Positions 8,958 through 19,565 of a DNA stretch of 64,000 nucleotides are shown here, one piece after another. Position 1 is the stretch's first letter, and every line of letters starts with the position of its first letter. The position numbers and the translations under genes are program-made. Under the pieces are notes generated by a model. The model saw nothing but the letters and a program-made list of their open reading frames with translations. It did no database searches and was not told the origin of the DNA. This DNA is from Mollicutes bacterium (GTDB taxonomy: Bacteria > Bacillota_I > Bacilli_A > RF39 > UBA660), in the NCBI GenBank assembly GCA_004552445.1, contig SFOJ01000004.1, forward strand, positions 7,802 to 71,801. The letters are read 5' to 3'.

Positions 8958-10436
8958 TTATAAATCATCTATTGATATTGTTACTAATGGTCTTACACTA
9001 AAGACTTGGTCCATATATTTATAATAGTTAAAATCACCATCTGCAAAACCTAAATATCCAAATACATTAGTCATTTGATTATTCCTAACTGCACATGCAA
9101 TATCTGAATCAGCACTACCGCTTGTTTTAGTCCAATATGATGTACTATATAACCATGGAAAATTTGTAGTTGTGCATGTATAAGGACCATTTTGGCCTAT
9201 TTTACTACATCCAAGTTCTAATAATTCATCAAAGGATATTAATGATGATACAGTGGAACTTGAAAGCCCAAATTTTGATATTAATAATTCATTATATTTA
9301 GTTACATAATTTTTTATGGTACTTTGTTCATAATCATTTGTTCCTGGATCAAACATTGCTGGATATTGTGCAATGCCACTTGGATCATCTTTTGTTATTT
9401 GTAATCCATAACCTTCATTACTTTCATCAGCGTTAGTTCCAACCATTAATTCATGTTTAGCAAGCATTTTTATATTTGTTCCATCATTTGATATAACATA
9501 GAAACTTTCTGTTCCACACTTTATTGTGTCACCTACTGTTTTTCCAGTTCCATTAGCTACCGCACATATTTGTGGAATGTATTCTGCTTTAATATCTAAG
9601 TTTCCTACAAAAAATGTTTTTTGTGCTTGGTTAGGTGTTGTTTCATCTAAATATAACCATAAAAAATATATTGCATTTTCTCCAGCAGCTAGAGGGTCAT
9701 TTGTAAGAATAGTTCCATCTATTAATGAATTAAATGAATAAATATTTGTTTTAGGTAATTTATCATTTGATTTCAGTCCATTAATTGATTGCCTTAATAT
9801 CAGTGAGTCAGTTCCATTTATTTTAGTATCTCCATTTATATCACTAATAATTTTATCTTCTTCTGTGATCTCAACAATGTCTGCATAAATTTTTTGGATT
9901 TGATTTGCATCTTCTAGATTGACAATACCATCTTTATTAGCATCACCCATTTGATATTCTGATCCTGGCGCAAGTACTCTTCTTCTAATTGCTACTTTTA
10001 AATGGCTTGAATAAAGATTTGTAAGTCTTGTATATTCTGCATAATTTCCAGTTGGTAAAAAGTCTGTATCTTCTTTTAATTTAATTGTTACTTTTGATTC
10101 TAAGTTTCCAGTATTTTCTACTTTAAATATATAAGGTGTTGAATTTGAATATGTTCCGTCATTTGGATAAGGATAAATTGATGATGGGACTGAAACACCA
10201 TCTACTTTTGTGGTACCTATCACCTGTCCTATATTTGAATATGTTGTATCACAATCGGCATCACTACAAAATGATATTGATAAATCACCTGTTTTAATTA
10301 CATTGGTTTGTCCCTCTTTAATTGAAAAGAATGATGCAAAAGATACACCAATGAATATAATCAATAATAATCCTACTGAAGTTAATAATGTAATAACTTC
10401 TTTTTTTATTATCTTATCAATATACATATTACTCAC
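8958..10436 (-). CDS. secreted protein: TasA/camelysin-type signal and N-domain, internal dockerin-like repeat pair, unknown C-domain
   Basis: VSFASFFSIKEGQTNVIKTGDLSISF; GDANKDGIVNLEDANQIQKIY and SDINGDTKINGTDSLILRQSING (nt 9774-9947). Confidence 0.6.
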   Translation of the reverse strand: MSNMYIDKIIKKEVITLLTSVGLLLIIFIGVSFASFFSIKEGQTNVIKTGDLSISFCSDADCDTTYSNIGQVIGTTKVDGVSVPSSIYPYPNDGTYSNSTPYIFKVENTGNLESKVTIKLKEDTDFLPTGNYAEYTRLTNLYSSHLKVAIRRRVLAPGSEYQMGDANKDGIVNLEDANQIQKIYADIVEITEEDKIISDINGDTKINGTDSLILRQSINGLKSNDKLPKTNIYSFNSLIDGTILTNDPLAAGENAIYFLWLYLDETTPNQAQKTFFVGNLDIKAEYIPQICAVANGTGKTVGDTIKCGTESFYVISNDGTNIKMLAKHELMVGTNADESNEGYGLQITKDDPSGIAQYPAMFDPGTNDYEQSTIKNYVTKYNELLISKFGLSSSTVSSLISFDELLELGCSKIGQNGPYTCTTTNFPWLYSTSYWTKTSGSADSDIACAVRNNQMTNVFGYLGFADGDFNYYKYMDQVFSVRPLVTISIDDL

Positions 10437-10498
10437 CTATTTTCTACTAGAATTATATAATATTTGATTTTTTTAGTCAATTGTATGGTTAATCAAAT

Positions 10499-10527
10499 TT
10501 GACTAATTTTATAAAAAATGATATAAT
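10499..10527 (+). promoter_or_regulatory. consensus sigma-A promoter
   Basis: TTGACT-17 nt-TATAAT with TGn extended -10; the track's TTG start at 10499 is the -35 box. Confidence 0.7.
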
Positions 10528-10558
10528 TTGTTTAATTTTAAGAGGGGGGATAAGTTAT

Positions 10559-11782
10559 ATGAATGAGGAATTAGTTTCAAGAATTAAAAGCGAAATTAAT
10601 AAATATAATTCAATAATTAATGACTTACGTGAAAAATATAATAGAATGCAAAAAGAAGGTGCTAGTGTAGCTGAACTTAATAAAGTAGCAAGAGAGGCAC
10701 AGACTTTATTTAATAAATGTGGTGAACTAAAGAAAGATTTAGCTGATTATACTAATAAATATAATATTTATGCTAACGAAGCAGGAAAGAAAGTATTAAA
10801 AGATAAAGATGCTAATGATAAAAAATTAAAAGATGCTCATGATTCATTTATAGCATTACAAATTAGTTTGCTTTTTAAATATAATTTAAATGCTGAAGTG
10901 AGTGAAACTCAAGATGAAGAAATCGAGGTTGTTTCACATACTAAACCTAAACATAAATTATTTTTTAAATTTTTAGCCGGTGGTTTGGCACTTACAACTA
11001 TATTAGGACTTGGTTATGGACTTTCTGCTTGTCATAATAAAGATGCAAATAATTCTAATAATATTTCTATTATTCAAAATGAAGATGAAACTCGTGAACC
11101 TGATGATGAACCTGTAATTAATGAAACTACTAAACCTGATATTACTGAAGAAATCGAAGTTCCTGAAATTGAATCTACGGTTCCAGCTATTGAAGAAACT
11201 AATCCTGTAAATGAAAATTATCAAATTTTAAATGATTTTGCATTTTTAACTGAAAATTCATCTTTGTATGATAGTGGCACTGAAGATAAAACTGAAGTTG
11301 AAAAAATAGAAAAATATCAAAAAGTTTTAAGATTAAGTACTGATGGTAATTATGATTTTGTACAAACAGAAGATATGAAATATGGATACATAGAATCTTC
11401 TAAATTAGAAGTATTACCTGAATTATATGTTGAAGTTGATTTAAGTGATCAAACTGTAGATTTATATAAAGATAATGATATAATTTTAACCACTCTATGT
11501 GTTACTGGTAAAGATAGCACACCTACTCGAATTGGCTATTTTCCTATTAAATATAAAACCTATGATACTTATTTAAAAGGTCCAGGCTATAATAGTCATG
11601 TATATTATTGGATGCCTTTTGATGGTGGCATTGGACTTCATGATGCTGCATGGCGAGATGAATTTGGCGGGGATATTCATTTTAATAATGGAAGCCATGG
11701 GTGTGTTAATATGCCTCATGATGCTGCTAAAACAATTTATGAAAATGTAAGTACTGGTACAAAAGTTTTGGTACATAATTAG
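10559..11782 (+). CDS. membrane-anchored L,D-transpeptidase (YkuD domain) with coiled-coil N-domain
   Basis: C-terminal GIGLHDA...SHGCVNMP catalytic motif; TM FFKFLAGGLALTTILGLGYGL; GAGGGGGGA SD before ATG 10559. Confidence 0.8.
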   Translation: MNEELVSRIKSEINKYNSIINDLREKYNRMQKEGASVAELNKVAREAQTLFNKCGELKKDLADYTNKYNIYANEAGKKVLKDKDANDKKLKDAHDSFIALQISLLFKYNLNAEVSETQDEEIEVVSHTKPKHKLFFKFLAGGLALTTILGLGYGLSACHNKDANNSNNISIIQNEDETREPDDEPVINETTKPDITEEIEVPEIESTVPAIEETNPVNENYQILNDFAFLTENSSLYDSGTEDKTEVEKIEKYQKVLRLSTDGNYDFVQTEDMKYGYIESSKLEVLPELYVEVDLSDQTVDLYKDNDIILTTLCVTGKDSTPTRIGYFPIKYKTYDTYLKGPGYNSHVYYWMPFDGGIGLHDAAWRDEFGGDIHFNNGSHGCVNMPHDAAKTIYENVSTGTKVLVHN

Positions 11783-11820
11783 TTAATAAAAAAGATATTC
11801 AATTTTGAATATCTTTTATT

Positions 11821-12588
11821 TTAGAATATTAAGTATTTTGTTATTATTGGGCTTATTATATTTGAAAAATATAATGTCATAAGTGCACCTATTAAAAGAA
11901 ATGGTCCAAATGGGATAATTCCATCTTTATTTTTTCTACTTATTATTAGTGAAAAAGTTAATCCTACTACTGACCCTATAAATAATGCCACAAAGCTATT
12001 TATGCTTCCAATAGCAAGTGCTATTATTGCCATTAGTTTAATATCACCATCTCCAAGTGATTCTTTTTTAAACATATAGTTTCCTAGAAGTTTTAGTCCA
12101 TACATTATAACAAATAATAATGCTGATGCTATTATATGTTTAAATACATCACTCATTTCTAAATAGTAACATAATGTAATCAATATCGAAATTCCTGATA
12201 TTATTAATACTCTATCAGAAATATAATAGTAAAGAAAATCACTTATTATTGTTACCATTAATGCACATGTTATTATTGTTGCTATCCAAAATTCAAATGT
12301 AAAATCATACATTATATAATTACATAAGAACAATAATGCACATACTATTTCTACAAAAGGATAAATAAAGTTTATTGGTTTTTTACAATAAGCACATTTT
12401 CCTTTTAGAAATATGTATGATAGTATTGGAATGTTCATATACCATTTTAATGGCTTACCACATTCATTACAAAAACTACTAGGGAAAGTAGCTTTTATTT
12501 TGCTTGGAATTCTATATCCCATACATCCTAAAAAGCTACCCATTACAGCACCTAATACTGTTAAAAATATCATTATCTCTATTTTCAT
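11821..12588 (-). CDS. prepilin peptidase (A24 family)
   Basis: N-terminal CNECG...CAYC zinc motif, polytopic, GDGDIKL aspartyl motif. Confidence 0.85.
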   Translation of the reverse strand: MKIEIMIFLTVLGAVMGSFLGCMGYRIPSKIKATFPSSFCNECGKPLKWYMNIPILSYIFLKGKCAYCKKPINFIYPFVEIVCALLFLCNYIMYDFTFEFWIATIITCALMVTIISDFLYYYISDRVLIISGISILITLCYYLEMSDVFKHIIASALLFVIMYGLKLLGNYMFKKESLGDGDIKLMAIIALAIGSINSFVALFIGSVVGLTFSLIISRKNKDGIIPFGPFLLIGALMTLYFSNIISPIITKYLIF

Positions 12589-12604
12589 TTTACCTAACCC
12601 TCTT

Positions 12605-14398
12605 CTAACTTATTGTTGAATACATTCCAAACATTGGAACAACTATTGCAATTAATATAAATCCGACAATTAAAGCTAAGAAAATTATCATAATTGGCTC
12701 AATAAATGTTTTGATCATATTTACTGAGTTCTTTTGTAATTTTTGATAATAATCGCCAACTTTATCAAGCATTTCTGCAAGTTCTCCTGTTGATTCTCCT
12801 GTTAATATCATATAGTATGCTACTTGAGGAACTGCCCAGTTATCTTTGAATGTTTCACTCATTTTTTCACCTTTTAATAGGTTATTAATTGTTCTATACA
12901 TTATTCCTTTATAAATTTCATTTGATGTTATTTTTCCCAATATATCAATACTATCAGTAAGAAGTACATTATTTTTATTTAATGTTGCGAATGTTCGAGC
13001 AAATAGTGAAATTTCTTTATATATAATTAGATTACCTATAATTGGTAATTTCATGAATATATGTTGCATCATTGCTCTAAACGCTTTTACTTTCTTATAT
13101 AAATATGTATATATTACTACTATTGCTAAGATTATTTCTATTATTTTCATATATTCATTTTGTAAGAATGCTGAAATATTTAATGTAATTACCGTTACTG
13201 GATTCAATTCTGCATTCATTGATTCATAAACATCTACAAATTGTGGAACTATATAAACTAGCATAAATACAACTATAGCTATTGCAAATATTAATACTAT
13301 GCACGGATATGCAAGAGCACTAACAACAGCACGTTTTGTGTCTTCAACTTCTTGATAATATGCACTCATTTCATCTAATGTACCTTCAATATTACCAATC
13401 ATTTCAGCACTCTTAATCATATTTACTAATAATGCTGGGAATACATTTCCTTGTTTATTTAATGCTTCAGAAAATGTTTCTCCCATTGTTAGTTCATATA
13501 TTACTGCATCATATACTGATTTATATTTTTTTCTTTTATCTTGCTCTGCTAATACTTTAACAGCATCTGTTAATGGAATACCTGCTTTTATATAAGTAGA
13601 CAATTGTGCAAGCCAAAATACTAGGTCTTTGTTTTTCATTTTCTTTTTAAGGCTTGCTGATTCAGTATGAAAGAAGTTAATTGCCCAGTTCGTTACTATT
13701 TCATAAACTGTCATTCCTTCATCAATTAAATATGAATAAACATCTAATCTTGAAAGAGCTGCAAAATATCCCTTTACTAATTTTCCATCTTTATTTCTTG
13801 CTAAATATCTATATGTTTGTTTAGCTTCCGTTCTGACTGCGTCGTTTCCATTTGGATTTATTGTTAAAATGATAAGACTTGCTTCTTTTTTCTCACGAGC
13901 AGCTTTTACAAATGAAAGGTTTTCATATTTTTCTTTGATATAGTTTTCTAATTTTTGGCTTAGTGTTTGTGTTTCTTCTTTCTTTTCTTTTTCAATTTTT
14001 TCTTTTATTGTTTCTATATATCTCTTTATATAGTTGTAAACATCATATACATATTTACTACATTTATTATATAGAAATAATGGTAAGTCATAAAAAGATA
14101 TAGTTATTATATACTTTGCACCTTCATATATAGAAACTGCAAGAATATATATTTCTCCCCAAATACTTTTAAAACAAAAATTCCAAATTGCTTCAATTAT
14201 GTTTTTAACACCCCATATAAGGTAGCTGCAGAATGATACTATAAATGATATTATCATATCAACAACACCAAATACTCCTACACCTATACTTTTAATAAGA
14301 ATAGCTATTTCAGAAATAATATTTTTAGGTAGTGCCAATATATTAAAAGATGACTTTTTAGTACTTTTGTTTTTCTTAATTGTATCTTTTTTAGCCAT
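12605..14398 (-). CDS. type II secretion/type IV pilus platform protein (GspF/PilC family) with about 190-aa N-terminal extension
   Basis: Canonical PilC start YRYLARNKDGKLVKGYFAA only at about residue 195; two T2SSF repeats follow; extension has TM helices and a K/E coiled coil. Confidence 0.8.
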   Translation of the reverse strand: MAKKDTIKKNKSTKKSSFNILALPKNIISEIAILIKSIGVGVFGVVDMIISFIVSFCSYLIWGVKNIIEAIWNFCFKSIWGEIYILAVSIYEGAKYIITISFYDLPLFLYNKCSKYVYDVYNYIKRYIETIKEKIEKEKKEETQTLSQKLENYIKEKYENLSFVKAAREKKEASLIILTINPNGNDAVRTEAKQTYRYLARNKDGKLVKGYFAALSRLDVYSYLIDEGMTVYEIVTNWAINFFHTESASLKKKMKNKDLVFWLAQLSTYIKAGIPLTDAVKVLAEQDKRKKYKSVYDAVIYELTMGETFSEALNKQGNVFPALLVNMIKSAEMIGNIEGTLDEMSAYYQEVEDTKRAVVSALAYPCIVLIFAIAIVVFMLVYIVPQFVDVYESMNAELNPVTVITLNISAFLQNEYMKIIEIILAIVVIYTYLYKKVKAFRAMMQHIFMKLPIIGNLIIYKEISLFARTFATLNKNNVLLTDSIDILGKITSNEIYKGIMYRTINNLLKGEKMSETFKDNWAVPQVAYYMILTGESTGELAEMLDKVGDYYQKLQKNSVNMIKTFIEPIMIIFLALIVGFILIAIVVPMFGMYSTIS

Positions 14399-14512
14399 AC
14401 TAATCTTTCCTTCTTACTCTATTATATATTGATTATAACATATAATTTTTTAAATAAAAATACATTTTTAACTTTTTTTAATTAAATTAATATAATATTA
14501 ATAGGTGATTAT

Positions 14513-14767
14513 ATGAATCAAGACTTTTTATCAATTTTTAAAAATATAAATTTATCTAGTATTATGGGAGGAGCTAATAAAACCCTTGGTGTTATTAAAA
14601 AAACAATTCCTGTCTATAGGGAGGTTAAGCCTTATTTATTAAAAGAGAAAAGTATTTTTAGTAAGAAAAAAGTCACCGATGTGATTGATGAAATAAAAGA
14701 AAGTAAACCTATCAAAACTGAAAACAGATCTGCTTCTTATAATGATACTCTTACTTTCTTTCAATAA
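14513..14767 (+). CDS. hypothetical small protein
   Basis: AGGTGA SD, 84 codons; converges on the lepA stop. Confidence 0.5.
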   Translation: MNQDFLSIFKNINLSSIMGGANKTLGVIKKTIPVYREVKPYLLKEKSIFSKKKVTDVIDEIKESKPIKTENRSASYNDTLTFFQ

Positions 14768-16552
14768 TTATTCTCTTTCGTCTGTACTAAGTATTGTTAA
14801 GAATGCTTCTTGAGGTATTGATACGCTACCTACTTGTTTCATTCTCTTTTTACCTTCTTTTTGCTTTTCTAAAAGTTTTCTTTTTCTTGATACATCTCCA
14901 CCATAGCATTTAGCAAGTACATTCTTTTTCATAGCTGATATATCTTCACGAGCTATTACTTTTGATCCTATACATGCTTGTATTGGAACTTGAAACATTT
15001 GTCTTGGTATGATTTTTTTTAGGTTTTCACATATTATTTTACCACGTTTATATGCAAAGTCTTTGTGTACTATTAAGCTTAATGCATCAATTATGTCTCC
15101 ATTTAATAATATATCCATCTTTACTAGTTTACTTTCTCTATTTCCAATAAATTCATAATCAAATGATGCATATCCTTTAGTGTAACTTTTAAGTTTGTCA
15201 AAGAAATCATAAACTATTTCTGATAGTGGTAATTCATAAGTTATGTTTACTCTTGTTTCATCTAAGTAAGACATGTTTTTATATATACCTCTTTTGTCTT
15301 GACATAATTCCATTATTGGACCTACATATTCACTTGGAACATATATATTTGCTCTTACAAATGGTTCTAATACTTTTGATATTTTTGATGGGTCTGGCAT
15401 TTTAGATGGTGAATCTATTGATATACTACTTCCATCGTTAAGAATTACTTCATATATAACTGATGGACTTGTTGCGATAATATCTATTCCAAATTCTCTT
15501 TCTATTCTCTCTTGAATGATTTCCATATGAAGAAGTCCTAAAAAGCCACATCTAAATCCGAATCCTAAAGCTATTGATGTTTCTGGCTCAAATGTAAGTG
15601 ATGCATCACTTAATTTTAATTTTAATAATGCTTCTTTTAAATCTGGATATTTTGATGATTCAATTGGATATATTCCGGAAAATACCATTGGTTTCATTGG
15701 TTTATAACCAGGAAGTGCTTCAACTATTTCTCCTTCTTTACAGATAGTATCCCCAACTTCTACTTCTGTTATGCTTTTAATAGATGCACTTAAGAATCCA
15801 ACTTCTCCGGCACTTAAACTATTCTTTTTTATTTCATGTGGTGTGTGTTTGCCAAGCTCTAGTACTTCGTATGTTGCGTTTGAATTTATAAATCTTATTT
15901 TATCTCCAACTTTAACAGTACCATCCATTATTCTAATAAGTATTACTACTCCTTTATATGGATCAAAGTAACTATCAAATATAAGAGCTCTTAGTTTATT
16001 ACTATCACTTTTTGGGCTTGGTACTCTTTCTATAACTGCATCTAGTAGTTCATCTACACCTTCTCCAGTTTTTCCTGAACAACAAATTATTTCGTCTCTA
16101 TCAAATCCTATTGTTTTAACAAGTTCATCTTTAACTTTTTCAGGATTTGCATTTGGTAAATCTATTTTATTAATAACGGGTATTATCTTTAAGTCTGCTT
16201 CTAATGCAAGGTATAAATTAGCTAACGTTTGAGCTTCTATTCCCTGTGTCGCATCAACTACTAGAATAGCTCCTTCACAAGCTGCAAGACTGCGGCTTAC
16301 TTCATAACTAAAATCTACATGTCCTGGAGTATCTATTAAATGAAGAGTGTAACCTTTATATTTGAGTTCTACTGCATTCAATTTAATAGTGATTCCTCTT
16401 TCTCTTTCAAGATCCATAGAATCTAGTATTTGTTCTTTCTTTTCTCTTTCTGTTACTGCATGACAAATATCAAGTATTCTATCTGCTAGAGTACTCTTAC
16501 CATGATCTATATGTGCAATTATACAAAAATTTTTAATTTTATCTCTTTCCAT
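14768..16552 (-). CDS. lepA: translation elongation factor 4
   Basis: [27 protein letters not shown]-terminal LepA domain. Confidence 0.95.
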   Translation of the reverse strand: MERDKIKNFCIIAHIDHGKSTLADRILDICHAVTEREKKEQILDSMDLERERGITIKLNAVELKYKGYTLHLIDTPGHVDFSYEVSRSLAACEGAILVVDATQGIEAQTLANLYLALEADLKIIPVINKIDLPNANPEKVKDELVKTIGFDRDEIICCSGKTGEGVDELLDAVIERVPSPKSDSNKLRALIFDSYFDPYKGVVILIRIMDGTVKVGDKIRFINSNATYEVLELGKHTPHEIKKNSLSAGEVGFLSASIKSITEVEVGDTICKEGEIVEALPGYKPMKPMVFSGIYPIESSKYPDLKEALLKLKLSDASLTFEPETSIALGFGFRCGFLGLLHMEIIQERIEREFGIDIIATSPSVIYEVILNDGSSISIDSPSKMPDPSKISKVLEPFVRANIYVPSEYVGPIMELCQDKRGIYKNMSYLDETRVNITYELPLSEIVYDFFDKLKSYTKGYASFDYEFIGNRESKLVKMDILLNGDIIDALSLIVHKDFAYKRGKIICENLKKIIPRQMFQVPIQACIGSKVIAREDISAMKKNVLAKCYGGDVSRKRKLLEKQKEGKKRMKQVGSVSIPQEAFLTILSTDERE

Positions 16553-16597
16553 AAGAAATATTTTAACAAAATAAGAAATAAATTACAATTATATATC

Positions 16598-16634
16598 AAA
16601 ATAAAAACGTAAATACTTTTTTTTCTACGTTTTT
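16598..16634 (-). terminator. intrinsic terminator after rpoD
   Basis: ACGTA...TACGT stem followed by TTTTATTTT on the minus strand. Confidence 0.6.
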
Positions 16635-16652
16635 ATTATATCTTTAGTTATA

Positions 16653-17882
16653 TTACCATTGCTTTTTACTAAAAGTTAATTTCATATTTGAGGCATCTTC
16701 ATTAGGATTAAATGTTTTTACTTGTCTATTATTTCTTAATTTTCTTAATGCTTTTGATTCGATTTGTCTAATTCTTTCACGAGTTACATTTAGTTTTTGA
16801 CCAACTTCTTCTAGTGTGTGGGTTCTGCCGTCAACGTAACCAAATCTATATGCTATAACAATTCTTTCACGTTCATTTAGTATTCCACTATTAAATACTG
16901 CATTTCTAAATTGCTCATAAAATAATCTATCTGAAAAATCTTTTCCTTTACTTTCAGGATCTTCAATAAAATCACCAATTTCACTATCCCCAGATTCATC
17001 ACTATTTTTAACTGTTTGTGATAATGATATTGTATTTCCTGCTATAATTCTTTGACTTGATCTAACCTTCTCAAGTGGTATTCCTAGTATGTCTGAAATC
17101 ATTTCTTCTGAAGGTGTTTCTCCATGTTCTTTTTCATAATTTTCAATTGTTTTTTTTACTTTAAGAGCTGTTTCATGTAAATGAACAGGTACTCTAATTG
17201 TTCTTGATTGATCAGCAATAGCTCTTGTCATTGATTGACGAATCCACCATGTAGCATAAGTACTAAATCTATATCCTTTTGTATAGTCAAATTTTTCAGC
17301 TGCTTTTATTAAACCAAGGTTTCCTTCTTGAATTAAATCAAGTAATGACATTCCTCTACCTAAATAATGTTTTGCATTTGAAACTACTAATCTTAAATTA
17401 TGTTCTACTAATTCATTTTTTGCTTTTTCATCACCTTCAGAAATACGTCTTCCTAGTTCTATTTCTTCTTCTTGAGTTAATAATTCTCCTTTTATATCAT
17501 TTAAATATAATCTTTCATTTTCAGGTGTTATACTTGTATCATAATCGTTTGATACAAATTCTTCTCCAGCTTGTGTACTATCTGTTTCTTTAACTTGAGA
17601 ACCTGTCATCATACAATATGCTGTTAACATAGCACTAATTGTACTATTGTTCACTAAATCAAAAGCATTTTCCATTGTAGATATTTCAGATAACATATCA
17701 CATAATTCAGTACTTTCAATTACAACATCTTGAACATCATCTACATTTAATGAAATATTATTAGTTAATAAAAATTTTGATAATTCTCTGCAATTTTTCA
17801 ATTGTATAGTAGTATTTCCTTTTTTAAAGTGTTCTTTTGCAAATTTAGTTATTGCATCTATTTTTTCTATTTTTCCTTTCAT
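16653..17882 (-). CDS. rpoD: primary sigma-70 factor
   Basis: [18 protein letters not shown], region 4 [16 protein letters not shown]. Confidence 0.9.
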   Translation of the reverse strand: MKGKIEKIDAITKFAKEHFKKGNTTIQLKNCRELSKFLLTNNISLNVDDVQDVVIESTELCDMLSEISTMENAFDLVNNSTISAMLTAYCMMTGSQVKETDSTQAGEEFVSNDYDTSITPENERLYLNDIKGELLTQEEEIELGRRISEGDEKAKNELVEHNLRLVVSNAKHYLGRGMSLLDLIQEGNLGLIKAAEKFDYTKGYRFSTYATWWIRQSMTRAIADQSRTIRVPVHLHETALKVKKTIENYEKEHGETPSEEMISDILGIPLEKVRSSQRIIAGNTISLSQTVKNSDESGDSEIGDFIEDPESKGKDFSDRLFYEQFRNAVFNSGILNERERIVIAYRFGYVDGRTHTLEEVGQKLNVTRERIRQIESKALRKLRNNRQVKTFNPNEDASNMKLTFSKKQW

Positions 17883-17946
17883 ATTTTATTCACCCCTCAA
17901 ATAAAAAAGTGCTAATATTATAGCACGATTTTAGTATTTTTGCAAC

Positions 17947-18429
17947 TTACTTAGTTTCTTTATAACGATTTATAGAGTCTTCAATAACTTTTAAAGCTTC
18001 TTCTTTATTATAATACTCTCCTACTTCAACTTTTATATTCTGCAATGATTTATAATTCTCAAAGAAATTTTTAATTTCTTCAAGTATAAACTCAGATAAA
18101 TCTTTGAGTTCGTTTATTTCATTATATCTAGGATCTACATTAACTACTGATATAATTTTATAATCTTCAAAACCATTATCTATTAATTTCAAACATCCAA
18201 CTACTCTTGCTGGAATAATGCATCCTGGATAAGTTGGTTCTGTGCCTATAACTAGTATATCAAGAGGGTCTCCATCATTTGCAAGAGTATTATCTATAAA
18301 ACCATATTCTGCTGGATAGCCCATTGCAGAATATAAAACTCTATCTAGTTTAATTTTTCCTTCTTTTATTTCAAATTTATTTCTACTTCTATAGGGAATT
18401 TCTATTATAGCTTCTACTACGTTATTCAT
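17947..18429 (-). CDS. ppa: inorganic pyrophosphatase, family I
   Basis: EIPYRSRNKFE, DGDPLDILV motifs, 160 aa. Confidence 0.9.
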   Translation of the reverse strand: MNNVVEAIIEIPYRSRNKFEIKEGKIKLDRVLYSAMGYPAEYGFIDNTLANDGDPLDILVIGTEPTYPGCIIPARVVGCLKLIDNGFEDYKIISVVNVDPRYNEINELKDLSEFILEEIKNFFENYKSLQNIKVEVGEYYNKEEALKVIEDSINRYKETK

Positions 18430-18487
18430 ATTTCACCATCCTAACGTAAGTATAACATAGACAACAAAAAAAGCCAACATTAGTTGA

Positions 18488-18703
18488 CTACTTTGTTTCT
18501 TCTTTTGCAACTTTAATAGTTTCTTTACCTTTGTAATAACCACATTTTGTGCAAGCTCTATGAGGAGCAACTACAGCACCACAATTAGTACAAGTAGTAA
18601 CTGTTGGAGCAGTTTTCTTTAAATGTGTTCTTCTTTGTCTTTTAGCTGTTTTACTAATTCTTCTAAATGGTAAAGCACCAAATAAAGTAATGTCTAATTT
18701 CAT
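18488..18703 (-). CDS. rpmF: 50S ribosomal protein L32 with short N-terminal extension
   Basis: PFRRISKTAKRQRRTH, CTNCG...CTKCGYYKGKE; AAAGGAGGAA SD before ATG 18703. Confidence 0.85.
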   Translation of the reverse strand: MKLDITLFGALPFRRISKTAKRQRRTHLKKTAPTVTTCTNCGAVVAPHRACTKCGYYKGKETIKVAKEETK

Positions 18704-18863
18704 TTTTATTCCTCCTTTTATATCAGGTCGTAAAAATATCTTTTTCACTTCGCTAAAGTATTTTCTCATAAAAAGATAAAAATATCAAGTGAATTTTAGT
18801 ATTTTCTTATAAAATTTGTATAAACACTAGTATTTTGCTATAATTTACACGAGGGGATTACTT

Positions 18864-19565
18864 ATGAAACTATTAGTTAGTGATTATGATGGTACATTTA
18901 ATGAAGATAAAAGTTTATCTAAGATAAATAATAATATAGATGCGGTCAAAAGATTTATGAGTAATGGTAACCTATTTGCATTTGCAACAGGAAGAAGTTT
19001 TTATTCAATTAAAGAAGAAACTTCTCGTTATAAAATACCCTATGATTATTTAATTTGTAATAATGGTTCTGCTATATTTGACAGAGATGATAATCTTATA
19101 TTTCAAAATACTATTCTAATAGACACTATTAAAAAGACACTAATATATTTAAACAAATTAGGTTTTATAAAAAGTCTTGAATTTAAAGATGCTTATGGTA
19201 GAAATACAATAAATTATAATGAGATTATTGAAATTATTTGTACTCTCAAATTTAGAAATTCTTTAGATGCTCGTAAGGTTATGAGGGAAATATCATTTTT
19301 AAGTAGTTTTTCTTTTATGAATATAATTATTTTTAAAGAAGAGTTTGATAAAAAAGATGGTATATATATAGTAAGTGAAATTGAAGGAATAGATAATAAA
19401 GACATTTATACTATAGGAGATGCATCTAATGATAAAGGAATGCTTTTAGAGTTTAATGGTTATAAGATGCCATATTCTTATCCTGAAATACTATTTAGTA
19501 GAGCAAAATTAACTTCTTCAGTTAAAACTTTAATAAGAAAAATAGAAAGGAGAAATCATGAATAA
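18864..19565 (+). CDS. HAD-superfamily (Cof-type) phosphatase
   Basis: LVSDYDGTF motif I, GDASND motif. Confidence 0.75.
   Translation: MKLLVSDYDGTFNEDKSLSKINNNIDAVKRFMSNGNLFAFATGRSFYSIKEETSRYKIPYDYLICNNGSAIFDRDDNLIFQNTILIDTIKKTLIYLNKLGFIKSLEFKDAYGRNTINYNEIIEIICTLKFRNSLDARKVMREISFLSSFSFMNIIIFKEEFDKKDGIYIVSEIEGIDNKDIYTIGDASNDKGMLLEFNGYKMPYSYPEILFSRAKLTSSVKTLIRKIERRNHE

Noticed and set aside
9774-9947. Dockerin taken as evidence for a cellulosome
   Set aside because: The window has no cohesin, scaffoldin or carbohydrate-active enzyme genes. Only the domain signature itself is reported.
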